Position numbers and translations under genes: made by a program
Shown here: positions 36,401 through 40,593 of the stretch, piece by piece
How the letters are laid out: each line of letters opens with the position of its first letter
How positions within the stretch are numbered: position 1 is the stretch's first letter
IMG/VR virus record: IMGVR_UViG_3300030376_006134
Location: 1-40,593 of that record
Length of the DNA: 40,593 nucleotides
Origin: a virus
Taxonomy: Duplodnaviria > Caudoviricetes
Reading direction: 5' to 3' (one strand)
Notes under the pieces: model-generated
Seen by the model: the letters and a program-made list of their open reading frames with translations, nothing else
Databases searched by the model: none
What the model was told of the DNA's origin: nothing

Positions 36401-37735
36401 ACTGCAGATCCTTTTTCAAATGGAGAAGATGTATTACTTTGTTTTGTAACTACTGGTGAAAAAGGAGACACTGGAGCCCAAGGTATTCAAGGTATTCAAG
36501 GAACAACAGGTGCTCAAGGTATTCAAGGTATTACGGGGGCTCAAGGTATACAAGGTATTACAGGAGCTCAGGGTATACAAGGTATTACCGGTGCTCAAGG
36601 AATTCAAGGTATTACAGGTACTCAAGGAATTCAGGGTATTACAGGTACACAAGGTACACAAGGTGCTCAAGGTACAAATGAAGGTGTAAAAGTATTTCAA
36701 GAATCAACATCGGGTGCTAGACTACCTGTAGTGTTTATTAAAGAACAAGTTGGGGGTCCTGGTAATCTAGCAAAACTTGGTGAAGATACTAATGATGATT
36801 TTTCTTATAGACCTGATAAAAACACATTATTTGCTAGAAATTTTGTTACTGAAAACATATATGTAGGTGGTTATTCTGTAACAATATCAGGTTCATCTGG
36901 TAATATTACTTCATCAGGTAATTTTAGTGCAAGTGGTGCTTTAATATCTTCAATAGGAAATTTTGGAAGTGTAACAGCATCAGTTATAAGTTCAAGTGGT
37001 GAATTATCAACTCAATTTGTAGTAATACCATCTTCATCAAATGCTACTCAGCAAGATGCCTCACTTTACTTTGGGGGACCTGGAAGTAGTACAACAGAAA
37101 ATGTAGGATATATTTATGGTGATGCTGGTCCTAATTCAAGACAATTACGTTTAGGTGTTAATGATAATGATTTTGTATCATTTGGTTTTAGCAATAATAC
37201 AAATGTTGGGATTATATTTGCTGGAAATATAACAGGATCAGATAATATAAGTGCAAGTGGAACTATTATAGGTGAAAATATTTTAGATAGTTCAATTAAC
37301 TTTTTTGGTGGATCAAATTATAATCCTGTACTTTCAGGTAGTGTAGATAGGTTATTTATAGGAGATGTTACTGAACAATCTAGTGGACTTAGATTTGACA
37401 TGAATGATGGTACAAGTACTGTAACATTAGAATCCCAAGGAAGTCCAGGATCAGTAGTACTTAATGTAGAAGGTAATATAAGTATGAGTGCTGGAATTAG
37501 TGGTGGTGGTAAAATTCAAGGGGCTCAATTTACTTCTTCTAAGGGTATATTAGTAACATCTAGTTTAACAGGTTTAGGAGCATCATCTCCACTTATGATA
37601 CGAATTGATGATACATCTGTATTTAGTGTAAGTAGTAGTGGGGTAGTTGTATATGGTAATATGGAAACATTACCTACCCCGGTAACAGGAGGATTAGTTT
37701 ATTCAGCAAGTAATTTCTATATGGGATTAGAATAA
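33488..37735 (+). CDS. Collagen-like fibre protein
   Basis: Hundreds of G-X-Y triplets (GIQ, GTQ, GTD, GIT) in three blocks, two copies of a globular domain, S/G-rich C-terminal region. Confidence 0.85.
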   Translation: MSKCGSNCGCNKCKGLVIKSDTNKVNLNDVNSKIIVKDDNKCTKVDVTAPTTKIVKVATPGLRGQQGIQGITGAGTQGIQGSTGAQGIQGITGAGTQGIQGITGAQGTTGAQGSQGVQGTTGTQGSTGTQGITGAQGTQGTTGTQGVQGTTGSQGIQGITGAQGTQGTTGAQGVVGTQGIQGITGPQGIQGIQGVQGLDGAFAGQGVQGIQGIQGIQGIQGADGTQGTDGTQGIQGIQGTQGVDGNFGGACFDYTFDSTTTSGDPGSGGVRLNNATQNASNEMYIDVEDDDGNSINSFMNSILAVTSTIKGHVKITNRTDATQFLLFSISNLSQSGGGTGFWTINLTNTAFSAAAPFTNSEDVLICFQTTGDKGDTGAQGIQGITGAQGITGSQGLTGTQGTDGTQGTDGTQGIQGTTGSQGLTGTQGTNGTQGTQGTTGSQGVTGSQGNTGTQGTNGTQGTQGTTGSQGVQGTTGTQGTDGTQGITGTQGIQGIIGTQGITGSQGTDGAQGIQGIQGIQGATGAQGTDGTQGTDGTQGIQGITGAQGIQGIDGTQGIQGIQGIQGIQGIQGLDGAFAGQGVQGIQGIQGIQGIQGADGTQGITGAQGTQGIQGTDGTQGTDGTQGTDGTQGTDGTQGTQGIQGITGAGTQGTTGTQGIQGITGAQGIQGIIGTQGITGSQGTDGAQGIQGITGTQGTDGTQGTDGTQGTDGTQGIQGIQGIQGTDGTQGTDGTQGIQGITGAQGTQGIQGTDGTQGTDGTQGTDGTQGIQGITGTQGIQGTDGTQGIQGIQGIQGAQGATGAQGIQGITGIQGTTGTQGIQGITGAQGIQGIQGIQGIQGATGAQGVQGIQGTIGTQGTDGGFGGACFDYTFDSSTTNSDPGTGKVRLNSAVGSAAGQKGATEMYVDIEDDGGTSIQNFLAAIDANTSAVKGHVKIINKSDATQFLLFSIPDLDDNTGYWTIGLVNQAFSTADPFSNGEDVLLCFVTTGEKGDTGAQGIQGIQGTTGAQGIQGITGAQGIQGITGAQGIQGITGAQGIQGITGTQGIQGITGTQGTQGAQGTNEGVKVFQESTSGARLPVVFIKEQVGGPGNLAKLGEDTNDDFSYRPDKNTLFARNFVTENIYVGGYSVTISGSSGNITSSGNFSASGALISSIGNFGSVTASVISSSGELSTQFVVIPSSSNATQQDASLYFGGPGSSTTENVGYIYGDAGPNSRQLRLGVNDNDFVSFGFSNNTNVGIIFAGNITGSDNISASGTIIGENILDSSINFFGGSNYNPVLSGSVDRLFIGDVTEQSSGLRFDMNDGTSTVTLESQGSPGSVVLNVEGNISMSAGISGGGKIQGAQFTSSKGILVTSSLTGLGASSPLMIRIDDTSVFSVSSSGVVVYGNMETLPTPVTGGLVYSASNFYMGLE
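33668..36676 (+). repeat. 9-nt-period coding repeats (CAAGGTAYW) in three blocks
   Basis: Blocks at about 33668-34220, 34600-36070 and 36455-36676. Confidence 0.9.
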
Positions 37736-37772
37736 ATTTAAAAAAAAACATTAATCTTACTTAAAGATTATA

Positions 37773-37781
37773 TATTTATAA
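37773..37781 (+). promoter_or_regulatory. TATTTATAA putative late promoter
   Basis: Intergenic, before ATG 37802. Confidence 0.6.
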
Positions 37782-37801
37782 TTAGATAAAAATAAAATAA
37801 A

Positions 37802-39547
37802 ATGGCAAATTGGAAAAAGGTAATAGTTAGTGGGTCACAAGCAGAATTAAACTCATTAGCTTTAGATACAGCATTAACAGTAGCAAATGGTGGTACTGGT
37901 GCTTCAACATTAACAGATGGTGGAGTATTATTAGGTAGTGGGACAGGTGCTATAACAGCAACTTCAGTATTAACAAATGGTCAATTAATTATTGGTGATG
38001 GTACTGGAGATCCTACAGTAAGTACTTTAACTGCAGGTACAGGTGTTACTATTACAAATGGTGCGGGTTCAATTGAAATTTCTGCAGCAGGTTCAGGTGG
38101 TACAGTTACTTCTGTTGGTATTACTGGTACTGATGGTATTGATGTTGATTCAGGTTCACCAATTACTGGAGCAGGTACTATTACTTTAGGATTATCCAAC
38201 ATTGCAAATGATAAATTAGCAAACTCTACAGTTTCATATGGTGGTGTTTCATTAGCATTAGGTGGAACAGATGCAACTCCTGCTTTTAATTTAACAGATG
38301 CAACAAGTTTACCATTAACATCAGGTGTTACTGGTGTATTACCAATTGCCAATGGTGGTACAAACATTTCATCTTATACTACTGGAGATATTTTATATGC
38401 TTCAAGTGGTACAGCATTAGCTAAATTAGCAATAGGTACATCAGGACAAATATTAGCAGTTTCATCTGGTGGTATTGTAGAATGGATTGACAATGATGAA
38501 GGTGATATTACTTCAGTTGCTAATACTACAAATGGTGGTTTAACTGTAACAAATGGTACTGGTCCAGATGTTACATTAACATTAAACCTTAATGATTTAT
38601 CAGCAGCATCAGTTGATGTATCAACAGATTCAATTGCAATTATTGATGCTAATGATTCAAATGGATCAAGAAAAGAATCAATTGCTGACTTAGCTACAGC
38701 AATGGCAGGATCAGGTATAACAGCTACTAATGGTGTTTTAAGTGCAACTACAGGAGATGTTGAATCAGTTGCTAATGCTACTAATGGTGGTATGGATGTA
38801 ACAAATGGTTCAGGCCCAGATGTTACAATAGCAATGGATATTAATAATTTATCTGCAGCATCTATAGCTTCAGGAGATTTTATTGCGTTTTCAGATGAAG
38901 GTGCAGCAGGTGATCCAACGAAAAAAGAATCAATTGATGATGTAGCAACTTTATTTGCAGGTAATGGTTTAACAGCAACTAGTGCTGTAATTGCAGTAGA
39001 TTATGGTACTTCAGCTAATACAGCTGCTCAAGGTAATGTGGGTGTTACATTTGCAGGTACTACAAATGAAATTGAATTATCAACTAATACCTTCTCTACA
39101 ATTGGTGGTGGTGGTAATGTTACAATTGGTTTACCAAATGATGTAACAATTGCTAATGACTTAACAGTTTTAGGTGATTTAGAAGTATCAGGAACTGCTT
39201 CATTCAAACACTCAGAAAACTTGGATATTGCAGATAAATTTATTACATTATCTTCAGGTTCAACTACCGCTACAGATGGTGGTATTATAGTTGCTCAAGC
39301 AGCTTCAGGTACTAATCAAGTAGGTGAAGGATATGGATTTGATGCTTCTGTAAAAAGGTGGGGTGTTACAAGTAGTTTAAGTAATAATTCAGGTGCAATT
39401 GTTCCTAAAGATTATATGGTAACAGCAAGAGCCACAGACACATCAGGTGCAGCACCATCTGCAGCTCCAATATTTGGTGGATCTTCAGATGGATATGGTA
39501 ATATTCATGTTGATACTTCTACAGAAGAAATTTATATTTATGCGTAG
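37802..39547 (+). CDS. Gly/Thr/Ser-rich tail fibre-like protein
   Basis: L.VANGGTG, GTVTSV, GVLPIANGGT, GDILYA fibre-type motifs; internal tandem duplication of about 84 aa. Confidence 0.75.
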   Translation: MANWKKVIVSGSQAELNSLALDTALTVANGGTGASTLTDGGVLLGSGTGAITATSVLTNGQLIIGDGTGDPTVSTLTAGTGVTITNGAGSIEISAAGSGGTVTSVGITGTDGIDVDSGSPITGAGTITLGLSNIANDKLANSTVSYGGVSLALGGTDATPAFNLTDATSLPLTSGVTGVLPIANGGTNISSYTTGDILYASSGTALAKLAIGTSGQILAVSSGGIVEWIDNDEGDITSVANTTNGGLTVTNGTGPDVTLTLNLNDLSAASVDVSTDSIAIIDANDSNGSRKESIADLATAMAGSGITATNGVLSATTGDVESVANATNGGMDVTNGSGPDVTIAMDINNLSAASIASGDFIAFSDEGAAGDPTKKESIDDVATLFAGNGLTATSAVIAVDYGTSANTAAQGNVGVTFAGTTNEIELSTNTFSTIGGGGNVTIGLPNDVTIANDLTVLGDLEVSGTASFKHSENLDIADKFITLSSGSTTATDGGIIVAQAASGTNQVGEGYGFDASVKRWGVTSSLSNNSGAIVPKDYMVTARATDTSGAAPSAAPIFGGSSDGYGNIHVDTSTEEIYIYA

Positions 39548-39590
39548 TAATTAAAAATGAAAAAAGTTGTTAAATTTAATAAAAAAAGTT

Positions 39591-39788
39591 ATGGCATTTA
39601 AAGGAAAATCAAGCCCATTAGGTAAACAAGAACCTCAAAGAATTGATAATACTTTATCTCTAAACCAAGAAGAAATAGAAATGCTTTTGCAATTGATAAA
39701 AGCTTCTAACTTTAGCGGGGAGATGATAGAAAAAGTTTATAACGTAACATATAAATTACAAGTGTTACATAGTAAACTAAATCAATAA
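39591..39788 (+). CDS. Small helical protein, possible fibre assembly factor
   Basis: ATG 39591 preferred; LNQEEIEMLLQLIK..NFSG. Confidence 0.55.
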   Translation: MAFKGKSSPLGKQEPQRIDNTLSLNQEEIEMLLQLIKASNFSGEMIEKVYNVTYKLQVLHSKLNQ

Positions 39789-39790
39789 TT

Positions 39791-39967
39791 ATGGCTTTTA
39801 TACCTGAAGAATGGACGTTTATACGTCAATCCTTAGATGAAATTAATATTAAAGGAAAAGATGCTAAAGGATTAGCAGCTTTACAAACTAAAGTTGAGCA
39901 AGAATTTCAAAAGGCAGTTACTAAAAAAGAAAAAGAATTGCAAAAAACTTTGAAGTCTGGTAAATAA
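39791..39967 (+). CDS. Small helical protein, 58 aa, absent from ORF track
   Basis: Own translation: MAFIPEEWTFIRQSLDEINIKGKDAKGLAALQTKVEQEFQKAVTKKEKELQKTLKSGK. Confidence 0.65.
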   Translation: MAFIPEEWTFIRQSLDEINIKGKDAKGLAALQTKVEQEFQKAVTKKEKELQKTLKSGK

Positions 39968-39982
39968 TATTTGGTTTAACCA

Positions 39983-39991
39983 TATTTATAA
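39983..39991 (+). promoter_or_regulatory. TATTTATAA putative late promoter
   Basis: Intergenic, immediately before a structured leader. Confidence 0.6.
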
Positions 39992-39995
39992 TAAG

Positions 39996-40045
39996 ATTAT
40001 AGGCCCGAAAGGGAAGTGGACTCATTTTGAGTAGCCAACCATAAT
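39996..40045 (+). ncRNA. Candidate structured cis-regulatory RNA (three-way junction) in 5' UTR
   Basis: ATTAT-A-GG/CC-ATAAT closing stem; CCC-GAAA-GGG; TGG-ACTCA-TTT-TGAGT-AG-CCA; GC-rich island in AT-rich DNA. Confidence 0.55.
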
Positions 40046-40054
40046 AAAAAAGAT

Positions 40055-40593
40055 ATGCCAAATTGGAAAAAAGTAATAGTTAGCGGATCAAACGCTATTC
40101 TAAATCAAATAACAGGATCTGGTATTCCCGAGGGATCTAGTGAAAGCAAAATTGTTGTTGTTAATAATGGTGGAGCTTTAAAATACAGAACTGATTTATC
40201 ATTACAAGGAGTCCAAGGTATACAAGGAGCTACAGGTTCACAAGGTATTCAAGGTAAACAAGGAACTACAGGTACACAAGGTACTCAAGGTAAACAAGGA
40301 ACTACAGGAACACAAGGTATTCAGGGTACAACAGGTGGAACAGGTGGAACAGGCTCACAAGGTACTACAGGTACACAAGGTATTCAAGGTGTTCAAGGTA
40401 CTACAGGAGGAACAGGTTCTCAAGGTATACAAGGTATTCAAGGAGCAACAGGTGCAGGAGGTTCTACAGGTTCACAAGGTACTACAGGTACACAAGGTAT
40501 TCAAGGTGTTCAAGGTACTACAGGTTCAACAGGAAGTACAGGTTCTCAAGGAACAACAGGTACACAAGGTATTCAAGGTGTTCAAGGTACTAC
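40055..40593 (+). CDS. Second collagen-like fibre protein (3' partial), absent from ORF track
   Basis: [23 protein letters not shown]... then G-X-Q/G-X-T triplets to the window end. Confidence 0.85.
   Translation, partial: MPNWKKVIVSGSNAILNQITGSGIPEGSSESKIVVVNNGGALKYRTDLSLQGVQGIQGATGSQGIQGKQGTTGTQGTQGKQGTTGTQGIQGTTGGTGGTGSQGTTGTQGIQGVQGTTGGTGSQGIQGIQGATGAGGSTGSQGTTGTQGIQGVQGTTGSTGSTGSQGTTGTQGIQGVQGT

Noticed and set aside
33668-36676. Repeat array as CRISPR or DGR template
   Set aside because: In-frame coding triplets without unique spacers; no cas or reverse transcriptase gene; variation is not adenine-specific
33566-36700. Many minus-strand and alternate-frame ORFs (TLCT, YLVYH, KVFKV repeats)
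   Set aside because: By-products of the stop-poor 9-nt collagen repeat
252-38367. Other short antisense or nested ORFs (252, 2015, 5731, 6424, 11527, 11532, 13876, 17106, 20092, 23727, 24103, 29320, 37981)
   Set aside because: Overlap well-supported + strand genes or signals and show no recognisable motifs
39557-39601. 14-codon ORF MKKVVKFNKKSYGI overlapping ATG 39591
   Set aside because: Too short, low complexity, no support
1-40593. Stop-codon reassignment
   Set aside because: Core genes are intact in code 11, and TAA, TAG (19075, 28920, 39547) and TGA (5129, 6718, 9066, 33033) all end genes
1-40593. tRNA or rRNA genes
   Set aside because: Intergenic gaps are short and none showed a cloverleaf or T-loop motif by eye

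Overview
AT-rich segment of a large T4-superfamily-like tailed dsDNA phage, with every credible gene on the + strand and the standard genetic code. Order: virion structural genes (1-3659); GIY-YIG nuclease, primase and PD-(D/E)XK exonuclease; a long block of charged, modular proteins with many (L/I/V)-x-E motifs that look like head-internal, protease-processed cargo; an FAD oxidoreductase/kinase cluster; terminase, portal, prohead protease, scaffold and major capsid protein; a coupled amidinotransferase-like + phosphatidylserine-decarboxylase-like pair and PhoH; then collagen-like and Gly/Thr-rich fibre genes running off the window end. A Bacteroidota host is inferred from A-rich leaders without Shine-Dalgarno sites, TTTG-N20-TATATT promoter-like sites and an Hc1-like gene. 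A TATTTATAA motif precedes 11 genes. Best leads: cargo polyproteins with N-terminal leaders, a copy of the predicted mature capsid N-arm inside another protein, a possible two-step amine/polyamine pathway, an unannotated 20-aa 9-Cys peptide, and a compact structured RNA leader before a fibre gene. All family calls are by-eye motif recognition; no database searches were run.
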